NCBI GenBank assembly: GCA_029240595.1
Contig: JARDZZ010000001.1
Location: forward strand, 192-64,191
Length of the DNA: 64,000 bases
Direction of reading: 5' to 3'
DNA from: Nitrospira sp.
GTDB taxonomy: Bacteria; Nitrospirota; Nitrospiria; Nitrospirales; Nitrospiraceae
The translations under genes were made by a program, and so were the position numbers. Positions 10,112 through 20,300 of the stretch are shown in pieces. How positions within the stretch are numbered: the stretch's first letter is position 1; each line of letters starts with the position of its first letter. The notes below the pieces were generated by a model. It was not told the DNA's origin. It saw nothing but the letters and a program-made list of their open reading frames with translations, and made no database searches.

Positions 10112-10855
10112 TCAAGACATGAGCATGCCGCCGTTCACATGCAGCACATGCCCCGTAATATAGGCCGCATCCTCAGAGACGAGAAAGCGCACGGCGTTCG
10201 CAATGTCCGCCGGCGTGCCGAGGCGGGCAAGAGGAATTTGCTTTTGCAGCGCCTCCTTGACCTCAGGAGACAAGCCCTGCGTCATCGCCGTGTCGATGAA
10301 CCCTGGAGCCACCGCGTTGACGGTGACGTTCCGGCTGGCGTATTCACGCGCCGCCGTCTTTGTAAAGCCGATGACGGCCGCCTTGGATGCCGCGTAATTT
10401 GCCTGTCCCACGTTCCCCATCGCGCCGACAATCGAAGCAATATTCACTATTCGACCATAGCGCTGTTTGGTCATGGGCTGCAAGACCGCTTTGGTGCAGT
10501 GAAAGGTGCCGTTTAAATTGACCTGAAGCACCAGATTCCAATCTTCTTCCTTCATCCGCAGTAGCAGCCCGTCGCGGGTGATGCCGGCATTATTGACCAG
10601 AATATCGATCTTCCCCCACTGTTTGAGCACCTGGTCGGCCATGGTCTTGGTGTCATTGGAGTCGGCCACGTTCACTTTGACATTGAGGGCTTTCCTGCCG
10701 ATCTTCTCGATTGCCGCAACCGCATCCTGAGAGCGCACCGGATCGAGATCGGCAACGACGACGTCCGCTCCCGCCTCTGCCAGCGTCTCCGCTATGGCCC
10801 GGCCTATGCCCTGTGCCGCTCCTGTGACGATTGCGACGCGACCCTGTAGTGACAT
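10112..10855 (-). CDS. fabG: 3-oxoacyl-ACP reductase
   Basis: TGAAQGIG, NNAGITRD and YAASK motifs; fab operon context. Confidence 0.96.
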   Translation of the reverse strand: MSLQGRVAIVTGAAQGIGRAIAETLAEAGADVVVADLDPVRSQDAVAAIEKIGRKALNVKVNVADSNDTKTMADQVLKQWGKIDILVNNAGITRDGLLLRMKEEDWNLVLQVNLNGTFHCTKAVLQPMTKQRYGRIVNIASIVGAMGNVGQANYAASKAAVIGFTKTAAREYASRNVTVNAVAPGFIDTAMTQGLSPEVKEALQKQIPLARLGTPADIANAVRFLVSEDAAYITGHVLHVNGGMLMS

Positions 10856-10872
10856 GCCTGCTGCTCCTTGTT

Positions 10873-11811
10873 CTATAGTCCCAATGCCGTGCGGGTGGCC
10901 GTCAGCGATTTTGGGTCATTCACATTCAGGGTAACGGCGTCAGGTACGATTCGTCGCACCAGCCCCGTCAGGACGGTGCCCGGCCCCACTTCGACGAAGG
11001 TCTTGATGCCCATACTCGCCATGCGCGTCACCGAGTCTTCCCAGAGCACGGATGAGGGCAGTTGGCGCACTAAGGACGCCGGAATATCGCCGGCTTTCAC
11101 AATTGGCCTGGCTTCGGCGTTATTGATCAATGGCATGCGCAAGTCGGACCAGGTAATCGCTGCAAGCTCTTTCGCCAACCGGTCGGCAGCCTTCTGCATG
11201 AGCGGTGTGTGAACGGGCACGCTCACGGGTAATGGCACTGCCTTCTTGCATCCCTTACTTTTGGCAAGCTCAATCGCGCGTTCCACCGCGGCCTTTTCTC
11301 CCGCAATGACCACCTGGCCCGGAGAGTTGAAGTTCGCCGCTTGAACGATTCCCACGGACGCTGCTTCCCGGCACGCCTCCTTGACCGCATCGGTGGCAAG
11401 CCCAAGAAGAGCGGCCACTAAACCGGTGCCAGCGGGCACCGCTTCCGCCATGTATCGTCCCCGCTTTTGCACAATGGCGACGGCGTCGCGATAGGTCAGA
11501 CCCCCCGCTGCCACGAGCGCCGTGTATTCACCGAGGCTATGGCCGGCGACAGCCAGCGGTGTAATCGCTGCAGACTCTAAAACCCGCAGCGCGGCCACAC
11601 TGCTGACGAGCAACGCCGGTTGAGTATGCTCCGTCAGGTTTAAGGTTTCCGCAGGGCCGTTGAAGCAGAGGTCGGCAATATCGTATCCCAGCACCTCCGT
11701 GGCTTCGGCATAGACCTGTTTGAGTTCTGAATGCGCCTCGAAAAGCGCCTTTCCCATTCCTACCGACTGGGAGCCTTGTCCAGGAAATAGGAAGCCGACT
11801 GCTGGATTCAT
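10873..11811 (-). CDS. fabD: malonyl-CoA:ACP transacylase
   Basis: FPGQGSQ, GHSLGEY and EVGPG motifs. Confidence 0.96.
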   Translation of the reverse strand: MNPAVGFLFPGQGSQSVGMGKALFEAHSELKQVYAEATEVLGYDIADLCFNGPAETLNLTEHTQPALLVSSVAALRVLESAAITPLAVAGHSLGEYTALVAAGGLTYRDAVAIVQKRGRYMAEAVPAGTGLVAALLGLATDAVKEACREAASVGIVQAANFNSPGQVVIAGEKAAVERAIELAKSKGCKKAVPLPVSVPVHTPLMQKAADRLAKELAAITWSDLRMPLINNAEARPIVKAGDIPASLVRQLPSSVLWEDSVTRMASMGIKTFVEVGPGTVLTGLVRRIVPDAVTLNVNDPKSLTATRTALGL

Positions 11812-11935
11812 AAGCGGTTAGATATCTTCGAAATGCCCTGGAAGTCAACGGGAAAAGTTCCCCGGAGGCTTCCGCCACGGACCGCATCGTGCTGCTTGAT
11901 GATGCGGGCAACCACGTCGATTGCGGAATGACAGA

Positions 11936-12910
11936 TTACCACCGGATCAGTGCTGACGCCCATGTCAACCCGGCCCCAAACGCGCCTAACATGACGAGCG
12001 AGCCCTTGGTGATCCGGCCCTGCCGTATGGCTTCATCAAGGGCGATGGGTATTGACGCGGCGGATGTGTTGCCGTAGCGATCCAGGTTCAGCATGACCTT
12101 CTCGAGCGGTAATCCCAACCGGTCTGCCACCGCCTTGAGGATCCGAACGTTGGCCTGATGCGGGACATACAGATCCAGATCGGAAACGGTCAGACGGTTG
12201 GCGGTCAACGTCTCTCGCGCTATTTCCTCCAACGTACGCACGGCGACCTTGAAGGTCTCATTGCCTTTCATTTTAATGCAGTTGAGTTTCTCGGCAAGCA
12301 CCTTCTCGCAGGGCGGCAATCGGGAGCCGCCGCCCGGCACGGCGATCAATTCCCACAGGGCCCCGTCGGATCGTAAATGTGTGGAGAGGATGCCGTGGTC
12401 GCCTTCAGTGGCGCTGACCACCGCCGCCCCTGCGCCGTCCCCGAAAAGGACGCAGGTGTTCCGGTCCGTCCAATCGGTGATTGCCGACATGACTTCCGAT
12501 CCGATCACCAAGACATGGCGCATGCCGGTCCGGATGTAAGCGTCCGCGATCGACAGAGCATACACAAATCCGCAGCACGCCGCGGAGAGATCGCAGGCTG
12601 CGGCCCGTTTGGCGCCCAATTGCTGTTGAATCAAGCAGGCGGTGGCCGGAAGCGGATAATCGCCGGTACAGGTAGCCAGCAGAATCATGTCGACGTCGGA
12701 GGCGCTGATCTTCGCGTCCTCGAGCGCGCGCTGCGCTGCCTTGACCCCCAGATCCGAACACGCTTCTCCGGGACCGCATACCGCACGGGCCCGGATGCCC
12801 GTACGCTCCGTGATCCATTGGTCCGAGGTCGCCACCATATTCTCCAAGTCGGCATTGGAGAGGATTTTTGCAGGCACGTAGGACCCGGTCCCTGTGATGT
12901 GCGCCCTCAT
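11936..12910 (-). CDS. fabH: beta-ketoacyl-ACP synthase III
   Basis: AACCGF, FGDGAGA, PHQAN and GNTSAAS motifs; ATG 12910 overlaps the plsX stop. Confidence 0.96.
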   Translation of the reverse strand: MRAHITGTGSYVPAKILSNADLENMVATSDQWITERTGIRARAVCGPGEACSDLGVKAAQRALEDAKISASDVDMILLATCTGDYPLPATACLIQQQLGAKRAAACDLSAACCGFVYALSIADAYIRTGMRHVLVIGSEVMSAITDWTDRNTCVLFGDGAGAAVVSATEGDHGILSTHLRSDGALWELIAVPGGGSRLPPCEKVLAEKLNCIKMKGNETFKVAVRTLEEIARETLTANRLTVSDLDLYVPHQANVRILKAVADRLGLPLEKVMLNLDRYGNTSAASIPIALDEAIRQGRITKGSLVMLGAFGAGLTWASALIRW

Positions 12911-13932
12911 GCCGGAGGCTCCTCCGCCGGCCGGCTCTGGCAACGGCTTTCCTCGATGTCTCGTTGTATCAATTGGTCGACATGGCTTTCGGCAAGGCCC
13001 TTTGCACGGCGGATGGCATTTTTAATCGCTTTGGCTGACGAACGGCCATGACAGATGATCGTCACCCCATTCACCCCGAGTAGCGGCGCGCCGCCGAACT
13101 CGGCGTAATCGATCCGGCGTTTCAGTTTCACTAAAGGAGTGGCGATCAACGGATAGGCTAACCGTCCGAAAAACGACCCTGCTATTTCCTTGAAGAGCAA
13201 TTTCTTGATGGTATCGGCGACTCCTTCGGAAATCTTCAGGGCGATGTTCCCGATGAAGCCATCGCAGACGACAATGTCCGCATTGCCGCTGTACACGTCA
13301 CGACCTTCGACGTTGCCTATGAAATTCAATGAGCTGTTCCGTAACAGCTTGAACGCTTCTTTCGTCACTTCGTTGCCTTTACTGTCCTCTTCGCCGATGC
13401 TCAACAGCCCGATCCGTGGATTGGGCTTTTTAAACAGATGCTGTCCATATTCGTTCCCCATGATCGCAAATTGAATGAGATGCTGCGCCGTGCAATCGAC
13501 GTTGGCGCCGACATCCAACATGATGGCTTCTCCAGTCAACGTAGGCAGACTTGTCGCGATGGCCGGCCGTTCAACGCCTTTGGCCAAGCCGAGAACAAAA
13601 AATGATGCTACCATGCTGGCGCCGGTATTCCCCGGACTCACCACCGCCTGTGCTTCTCCGCTCTTCACCAACTCAGTGGCGATCCAAATGGACGAATCCC
13701 GTTTCTTGCGCGCCACCGCTGCAGGGGATTCATGCATCTCTACAACCTGCGGTGCATGCTTGATGGACAGACGGCCATCGGTGCACCCAAGCCGGTGACA
13801 GGCATCTGAAAGCACCTTTTCGTCACCGACGAGAATGACGTCGACGTTCAGTTCCTGAGCGGCTTGAAGTGCCCCCTCGATACAGGGGACAGGACCATGG
13901 TCTCCACCCATGGCATCAAGCGCGATCTTCAT
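12907..13932 (-). CDS. plsX: phosphate acyltransferase
   Basis: IALDAMGGD, GNTGA, DVGANVD and CDGFIGN motifs; start could alternatively be 13950. Confidence 0.95.
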   Translation of the reverse strand: MKIALDAMGGDHGPVPCIEGALQAAQELNVDVILVGDEKVLSDACHRLGCTDGRLSIKHAPQVVEMHESPAAVARKKRDSSIWIATELVKSGEAQAVVSPGNTGASMVASFFVLGLAKGVERPAIATSLPTLTGEAIMLDVGANVDCTAQHLIQFAIMGNEYGQHLFKKPNPRIGLLSIGEEDSKGNEVTKEAFKLLRNSSLNFIGNVEGRDVYSGNADIVVCDGFIGNIALKISEGVADTIKKLLFKEIAGSFFGRLAYPLIATPLVKLKRRIDYAEFGGAPLLGVNGVTIICHGRSSAKAIKNAIRRAKGLAESHVDQLIQRDIEESRCQSRPAEEPPA

Positions 13933-14152
13933 GCGCGAGGATGTGGTCATGACGTCCGCTTACCCTTAAGAAAACACTACTGAAGAGTTCGAGTACGGGG
14001 GGAGTGTAGAGCAGTAGGCCCAACGACGCAACCGATTGGCGACGCGTAGTCCTGCGGCAACACACCGATGCCTGTCACCCGCGCCAGCCCTGCGAGCAGC
14101 GCCTTTCCATAGACAGTGACAACACAACGGCGGCAGCTTTGACGTCCAGCCC

Positions 14153-14338
14153 TTACACTTCTTCGACCTGGATGACGGCTTTCCCCTTGTAGGTCCCGCA
14201 ATTCAAACACGTGTAATGAGGCAGCTTGAGTTCGTGGCACTGTGGGCACACGGACATACCGGGAGGCGTGACCCGTAGTTTCTGTGTCCGGCGCTTATCG
14301 CGTCTGGCTCTCGAATGCTTATGTTTCGGATTAGGCAT
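14153..14338 (-). CDS. rpmF: 50S ribosomal protein L32 (Zn-ribbon type)
   Basis: PKHKHSRARRDKRR; CPQC...CLNCGTY. Confidence 0.96.
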   Translation of the reverse strand: MPNPKHKHSRARRDKRRTQKLRVTPPGMSVCPQCHELKLPHYTCLNCGTYKGKAVIQVEEV

Positions 14339-14365
14339 CGTCTTTCCTCCAGCAACCAGTCTCGA

Positions 14366-14977
14366 TCAGTTTTTTGTGGTTCGAATTACCCGGATCGCCG
14401 ACGGTGGCGCTTCAGTGGGACACTGGCAAGGCCCCTCGTTCAAATCTTTCCCGCATCGCGCACACAGCCCGGCGCAATTGTCCCGGCAGAGCGGCTGCAT
14501 CGGAGAAGCTAAAATAATGTGCTCGCGTAACATGGGCGCCAGTTCAATGTGATCGCCCTGATAGAAATAGCGATCATCCCCTTCGTCTTCTGGCTCTGCA
14601 TCCGCTTCCGGTTTGCCCGGCGTCGGCCGGCCCTTGCGGGGCTCGGCGCCCTTCAGAGGACGCACGCCGGGTTTAAATTCCTTGCCCTCACGAGCGAATG
14701 CCGCATGGACGGAAAACGCCAAGGGGTCCTCATATTCCTTCAGGCATCGAACACATTCTCGGACGGCTGTCCCTTCCAGCACACCGGTCACCGCAATCAT
14801 GTCATCAGCCTGCATGAGGTCCAGACTCACGGACACCGGTCCTCGAAGGGTTGCATCGGCCGCCGTTAGCCCGAGTTCTTCAGCCGTCGCTTCGCCGACC
14901 AGTGACAGCCCTTCTGTCGAAATATCGGCTACCAGCGGTGTGAGCACTCCCATCGTCATACCTGCTTGGATGTCCAT
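14366..14977 (-). CDS. yceD: YceD/DUF177 family protein
   Basis: CVRCL and PLCRDNCAGLC..CG.DLN...C.C motifs; immediately upstream of rpmF. Confidence 0.9.
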   Translation of the reverse strand: MDIQAGMTMGVLTPLVADISTEGLSLVGEATAEELGLTAADATLRGPVSVSLDLMQADDMIAVTGVLEGTAVRECVRCLKEYEDPLAFSVHAAFAREGKEFKPGVRPLKGAEPRKGRPTPGKPEADAEPEDEGDDRYFYQGDHIELAPMLREHIILASPMQPLCRDNCAGLCARCGKDLNEGPCQCPTEAPPSAIRVIRTTKN

Positions 14978-14992
14978 TCCTCAGACCGTCTT

Positions 14993-15277
14993 TTACCGCT
15001 CTTCGGCAAAACTGATCAGTGCGATATGCCGGGCCCGCTTGACGGCGGTCGTCAATTCGCGCTGATGTCCCAGACAGTTGCCGGAGATTCGGCGGGGAAC
15101 GATGCGCCCCCGCTCCGTCAAAAAATTCCTCAGGAGGCCGACATCCTTAAAATCTATTGAGCCCTTTTCGATACAAAACCGGCATGGCCGGCGCCGTTGG
15201 AAAAACCGCCCGCCCCCGCCCCCATCGCCTCGCCCTCCGCCACTGCCGCCGCGTTCACGTTCCATGTTGTCCCTCAT
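14993..15277 (-). CDS. rpsR: 30S ribosomal protein S18 (Zn-binding type, Gly-rich N-terminus)
   Basis: [23 protein letters not shown]...AVKRAR; exact start uncertain (15277 or a few codons later). Confidence 0.95.
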   Translation of the reverse strand: MRDNMERERGGSGGGRGDGGGGGRFFQRRRPCRFCIEKGSIDFKDVGLLRNFLTERGRIVPRRISGNCLGHQRELTTAVKRARHIALISFAEER

Positions 15278-15687
15278 CCTTGGGGTTCTTCGTACTCATA
15301 GTTGGAATCTTCATGCATCCCGGACTCGCCTCCCGCATGCTGGCCACCGCCGCCGTCGCCCCGTTTCGGGAGAAATGTGACCGTCTGAGCGACCACTTCA
15401 TGCTTGCTGCGCTTCTGACCGTCTTCCGTTTCCCAACGCCGTTGCTGCAATCGGCCATCCACGATGATGCCGTTCCCTTTGCTAAGGTACTGTCCACAGT
15501 GTTCGGCCTGCTTCCCGAACACAACGATGTCCACAAAACAGACTTCTTCTTTCAGGTCGTCACCCTGCTTATAGCGGCGGCTCACTGCCAAGCCCAGTGC
15601 GGCGACCGGTGTGCCGTTCGGCGTATACCGCAACTCGGGGTTGCGGGTCAGATTCCCGATAAGAATGACTTTATTAAACCCGGCCAC
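15274..15687 (-). CDS. ssb: single-stranded DNA-binding protein
   Basis: [19 protein letters not shown] and [10 protein letters not shown] motifs; acidic tail; lies between rpsF and rpsR. Confidence 0.96.
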   Translation of the reverse strand: MAGFNKVILIGNLTRNPELRYTPNGTPVAALGLAVSRRYKQGDDLKEEVCFVDIVVFGKQAEHCGQYLSKGNGIIVDGRLQQRRWETEDGQKRSKHEVVAQTVTFLPKRGDGGGGQHAGGESGMHEDSNYEYEEPQG

Positions 15688-16021
15688 CGGTAAACTCCTC
15701 AGATGGTGTTTCCGCGACCCGGCGGGGCACCAGTTCCTTTTCGAGATGGACGGTGAGGAATTTGATGATGTTGTCTTCTAATCGATAGGCATGCTCCAAT
15801 TCGCCGACCGTATTGTTCGGCGCCTTGAAATAGAAGTAGGCGTACGTGCCCTTCCGCTCACGCCGGACTTCATAAGCCAGCTTCTTTCTGCCCCAGTTCT
15901 CTGACTTGATGAATTGCGCGCCGGTCCTGTCGGCGACACCCTTCATCTTTTCGATAAGTGCATTGGTCTCCTCATCGGAGACGGACGGACGAATAATGAA
16001 TAGAGACTCGTAGAGCTCCAT
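15674..16021 (-). CDS. rpsF: 30S ribosomal protein S6
   Basis: YESLFIIRP and WGRKKLAYEV motifs; ATG 16021 follows an AGGAGG RBS. Confidence 0.96.
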   Translation of the reverse strand: MELYESLFIIRPSVSDEETNALIEKMKGVADRTGAQFIKSENWGRKKLAYEVRRERKGTYAYFYFKAPNNTVGELEHAYRLEDNIIKFLTVHLEKELVPRRVAETPSEEFTGGRV

Positions 16022-16029
16022 GCAGAGTT

Positions 16030-16069
16030 CCTCCTGGACAAAAGGCCCCGGAACGCGTCCGGAGCGAGG
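16030..16069 (-). promoter_or_regulatory. putative S6:S18-binding rpsF leader RNA
   Basis: The transcript reads CCUC-GCUCCGGA-CGCGU-UCCGGGGC-CUUUUGUCCA-GGAGG: an 8-bp hairpin, a CCA just before the SD, and CCUC able to pair with the SD. Confidence 0.6.
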
Positions 16070-16106
16070 TGTAGGTGCGCGGCCTTTCAGCCGGCGCGAA
16101 GCGCAG

Positions 16107-16135
16107 AAACTAACATAGCCGACAAGCCGGTGCAA
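16107..16135 (-). promoter_or_regulatory. putative sigma70 promoter of rpsF
   Basis: TTGCAC-17 bp-TAGTTT with an extended -10 TG. Confidence 0.5.
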
Positions 16136-16174
16136 ATAGGGTCTTTCATCGGGTTGACTTTTCTTTCATCCGCT

Positions 16175-16191
16175 TGTAACCATTGGTTACA
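16175..16191. promoter_or_regulatory. perfect palindrome, candidate repressor operator of the imuB-dnaE2 cassette
   Basis: TGTAACCA-T-TGGTTACA, 17 bp upstream of the ATG at 16209 and just downstream of TTGACT (16154-16159). Confidence 0.6.
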
Positions 16192-16208
16192 TTCCATGGT
16201 TTTTGGAT

Positions 16209-17387
16209 ATGGATCGGCAGATCGTATATGTAGACATTCCTTCGTTTGGGATTGCGCTCGCCCGTGCCAAAAACACTGCATTGCGGAACAGACCGGTGGC
16301 CATGGCGCCAGTCCATACACCGCGTGCCTTGATTCGAGAAGTTTCTGCTGAAGCCTCTTCTCAAGGACTCCAGCCGGGCATGTCCGTCGAATTGGCGCGC
16401 CTGCTTTGCCCCGATCTACGGTTGGTCGCTCCAGATGTATCGCACGCGCAGGCCGCGCACCGCGAGCTGCAACAGCGTGTCCTGTCCTTTGCACCGGTAT
16501 GGGAATCGATCCGGCCTGGCTCGCTGTTTCTCGACTTGACCGGCACGACCCGGCTGTTGGGTGCGCCTATCGATATCGCCACGCGCATCGGTCGTGAATT
16601 AACCCAACACCATCGATGGCACAGCGTGATCGGATTGGCTGGGAACAAGTTGGTCTCACAGCTGGCTGCGACGACACTGCACCGACCGCCTCAAGTCTTA
16701 TGGATTCATCCCGGGTCCGAACAGCCGTTTCTGGCGCCTTTGCCGTCCATGTGGCTTCCCGGCCTCCCTCGAAGCCGCGCATCAAGGCTCGTGCAACGAC
16801 TGGAAGATTTGAACCTTCGCACACTGGGCGCGATCGCTTCGGTCTCGGTGGCGCAGCTCGAAGCCGCATTCGGTGCCTCCGCCGCTCTGCTGCATGACTG
16901 GGCCTTGGGGGTTGATTCATCACCGGTCCGCTCTCCTGCCACACAGCCGATGATCGAATGGACCCTCTCTCTCGATCCCGATGAAGTGGACGATCACCTC
17001 CTCCTTGGACGGCTGTACGGTTTGCTGGAACGGATGTGCGCCACTCTTCGCCACCAACAGCGGATCTGCCGCTTTCTCCGTCTCTCTGTCCGCCACAGCG
17101 ATCACGTTGAGCGAGACGCGCAGGAACGATTGACGCATGGCACGTATTGGGAGGCTGATCTTCAGCCGGTGCTCGCGCGCCTGTTTTACCGGTGTATGCG
17201 CCGGCGAGTGCGCCTGACACGACTGACGCTGCAGGCGGGAAGACTGGAGCCGCCGGCCGAGCAACTGTCCCTCTTTGACGTGTGGACCTCGGCTCCGCCG
17301 GCGTCCCATCGGCTGTCTAGGGCACTCGATGCGATTCGCGCGAAATTCGGCGAGCAGTCCTTGTCCTGGGGAAGAACCCTGCGATGA
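16209..17387 (+). CDS. imuB: ImuB-like, catalytically inactive Y-family polymerase homolog
   Basis: DinB-like fold signatures (VYVD..SF, GLQPGM....A..LCP.L, IGLAGNKLVSQLA). The catalytic S-I-D-E is replaced by SIRPG. Beta-clamp motif QLSLF. C-terminal ALDAIRAKFG. Confidence 0.85.
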   Translation: MDRQIVYVDIPSFGIALARAKNTALRNRPVAMAPVHTPRALIREVSAEASSQGLQPGMSVELARLLCPDLRLVAPDVSHAQAAHRELQQRVLSFAPVWESIRPGSLFLDLTGTTRLLGAPIDIATRIGRELTQHHRWHSVIGLAGNKLVSQLAATTLHRPPQVLWIHPGSEQPFLAPLPSMWLPGLPRSRASRLVQRLEDLNLRTLGAIASVSVAQLEAAFGASAALLHDWALGVDSSPVRSPATQPMIEWTLSLDPDEVDDHLLLGRLYGLLERMCATLRHQQRICRFLRLSVRHSDHVERDAQERLTHGTYWEADLQPVLARLFYRCMRRRVRLTRLTLQAGRLEPPAEQLSLFDVWTSAPPASHRLSRALDAIRAKFGEQSLSWGRTLR

Positions 17388-20300
17388 TGCCCCCTTTTCT
17401 CCACCTGCATGTTCATTCTGAGTATTCGCCGATGCGCGGGGTGTCGTCGCTGGCGGCGCTCTGCCGCTCGGCGGGCCAGGACGGATTTTCCGCCATGGCC
17501 CTGACGGATACCAACGGATTGTACGGCGCCATCCGGTTTATCGAGGAAGCGAAGCAGCAGGGCCTTCGGCCCATTCTCGGGGCAGAGTTGACGGCCGACA
17601 ACCATCGGGCGGTCCTGCTGGCCAAAACGCCGGCCGGTTATGCGTCGCTCTGCCGTCTCCTGTCCGAACGACATTGCGATCCCTCGTTCGATTTTATCCA
17701 AGCCGTGGCGCGTTATCGTGATGGCCTGATTGTGGCCACTGATGACGAAGTCGCCCTCCGAACCTGGGCGTCGGAATCGCGACAGGACCTGTACGTCGAA
17801 TTGACCCCGGGGCCGGCCATGCATCGCACCGTGTGGTTTAGCCGTCGTGAAAATCTTCCCTGCGTTGCCACCAATCGGGCGTATTTTTCACGCGCGCATG
17901 AGTTTGCGACGCATCGTCTGTTGCGGGCCATCGCCACGAATACGACGCTCTCACGGCTGCCGGCACAAGAGTGTTGCGCACCAACCCAATGGCTGATGCC
18001 CGGCACTCTCATGGCCTCTCAGTTTCCTCACGTTCCTGATGCACTGGAGAATACGATTCGTATTGCGGAAGCCTGCCATAGCGATTGGCGTTTCGGCGAC
18101 ACGATTTTTCCGGCCTTTCGCCGGCTGACCGATGACGATGCCTTTGCCGAGCTCAAAGCGAAAACGTATCAGGGGGCACTGGCACGATATGGCCGCCTAT
18201 CGAGCGACGTCCGCAAACGAATCGAAAAGGAATTGGCCGTCATCCGGCAAAAAAGTTTCGCCCATTATTTTCTTGTGGTGGAAGAAATCGTCCGTCAAGC
18301 CCCGCGCACTTGCGGCCGGGGATCGGTTGCGGCTTCGATTGTCTCGTACTGTCTCCAGATCACACATGTCGACCCGCTCAAGCACCATTTGTTCTTTGAG
18401 CGGTTTCTCAATCCCGGCCGGAAAGATCCACCGGACATCGACATCGATTTTCCGTGGGACGAGCGGGATCAAATCTTGGCATGGGTCTTCCAGCATTATG
18501 GCGACCGTCAGGCTGCCATGGTGGCGAATCAGAACAGTCTGGGCTTCCGCGCGGCCATCCGCGAGACGGCGAAGGTCTACGGGATGTCAGCCGCGGAAAT
18601 CACGGCGATCGCTTCACGCATCACACGGCAAACAGGTCTTCTGCAATTTGCCGATGTCCCAAGCAATGAGCAATGGGTGAACCGACTCTCGCAGGCGCTG
18701 CGACTCCAAGCGCCATGGCCAGAGATACTCGCCCAAGCCCTCCGTGCACAGCATCACTTTCGCCACCTCTCGATGCATTGCGGCGGCCTGGTGATTGTTC
18801 CGGACGAGATTAGACGATACGTGCCGGTCGAGTTCACAGCAAAAGGCCTACCGGTGATTCAATGGGAAAAGGATCAGACGGAGGAGGCGGGGCTCGTCAA
18901 AATTGATCTGCTGGGTAACCGCTCGCTTGCGGTCATCCGTGATGCGATTGCCGCCGTTGCATGTCACACCGGGCGGACGATCGACTATGCGAGTTGGGAT
19001 CCACTGACGGACGAAGCCACCCGCGATTTGATCCGTCGCGGAGATACCATCGGCTGTTTCTATATTGAATCTCCCGCAACGAGACTCTTGCTCAAAAAGC
19101 TCTGGAAGGGGATGCCTGCCGATCGTCTTGCCGTGGCCGACGTCTTCGACTATCTCGTGATGGTCTCTTCGCTGGTCCGGCCTGCCGCGATCACCTTCGT
19201 GAACGACTTCGTCAGGCGCGCGCACGGGCACTCGCATGATCCTCTTCACCCCTTGATGGAATCCATCCTGGAAGAAACCCATGGCATCATGGTCTACCAG
19301 GAAGACGTCACGAAAGTGGCGATGGCACTCGCGAATTTTTCATTGGAAGACGCGGACCAACTGCGGAAAGTGATCAGCAAAAAACACAAACACCGGCAGC
19401 TGCGGGACTATTATCATCAGTTTTGCCGCGGTGCAGCAAAGAACGGCGCCTCCTCGGCCACGATTGCCAAAATCTGGACAATGATCATGAGCTTTGCCGG
19501 CTACAGTTTCTGCAAGCCTCATTCGGCCAGCTATGCTCAGGTCTCGTTCAAGTCCGCCTATCTGCGGGCTCATTACCCGGCCGAATTCATGGCCGCTGTC
19601 ATCAGCAATGAGGGCGGTTTTTATTCGACCTTCGCTTATCTCTCGGAAGCGAGACGGATGGGACTGGCGATCCTCCCTCCCGATGTCAATACGAGCGATT
19701 GGGCTTATCGGGGCGAAGGAGATCGACTTCGAATGGGCTTGATGCAGGTGAAAACGATTCCCAAAGCCGTCGCCACGGCAATCGTGTCCGAACGTGACCA
19801 GGCAGGTCCGTTCCGATCGTTTCAGGATTTTCTCCGGCGTGTGCCCCTTGAATCCATGCATGCCCGGGCGCTGATCCGCGCCGGCTGCTGCGATTCCATT
19901 TGCGGCGAGTTGACACGACCGGCTCTGCTGTGGCGGGTGTTCGCTGGAAAAGAAGCCGGCCTCTTACCTGTCCCGGACGAGTATCCCGCTTCCCAAAAGC
20001 GAGGTCATGAGATCGAGGCGTTCGGCTTTCTCGCCAGCTGCCATCCCTTGACGCTGTACCGTAAGCAGATCGAGCAACTGCGCCCGTTGCCGGCCTCGCA
20101 GATGCCTCAGTTCATCGGTTGCCGCGTCACCATGGTGGGATGGCTCATCACCGAAAAGCCGGTTGAGACCAAACATGGTCTGGCGATGGAATTCATCACG
20201 CTTGAAGATCATACGGCACTGTATGACGCTACTCTTTTCCCCGATGTCTATCGGCGGCGTTGCCATGTGCTTTCATCGAACCGGGCTTATGTCGTCCAGG

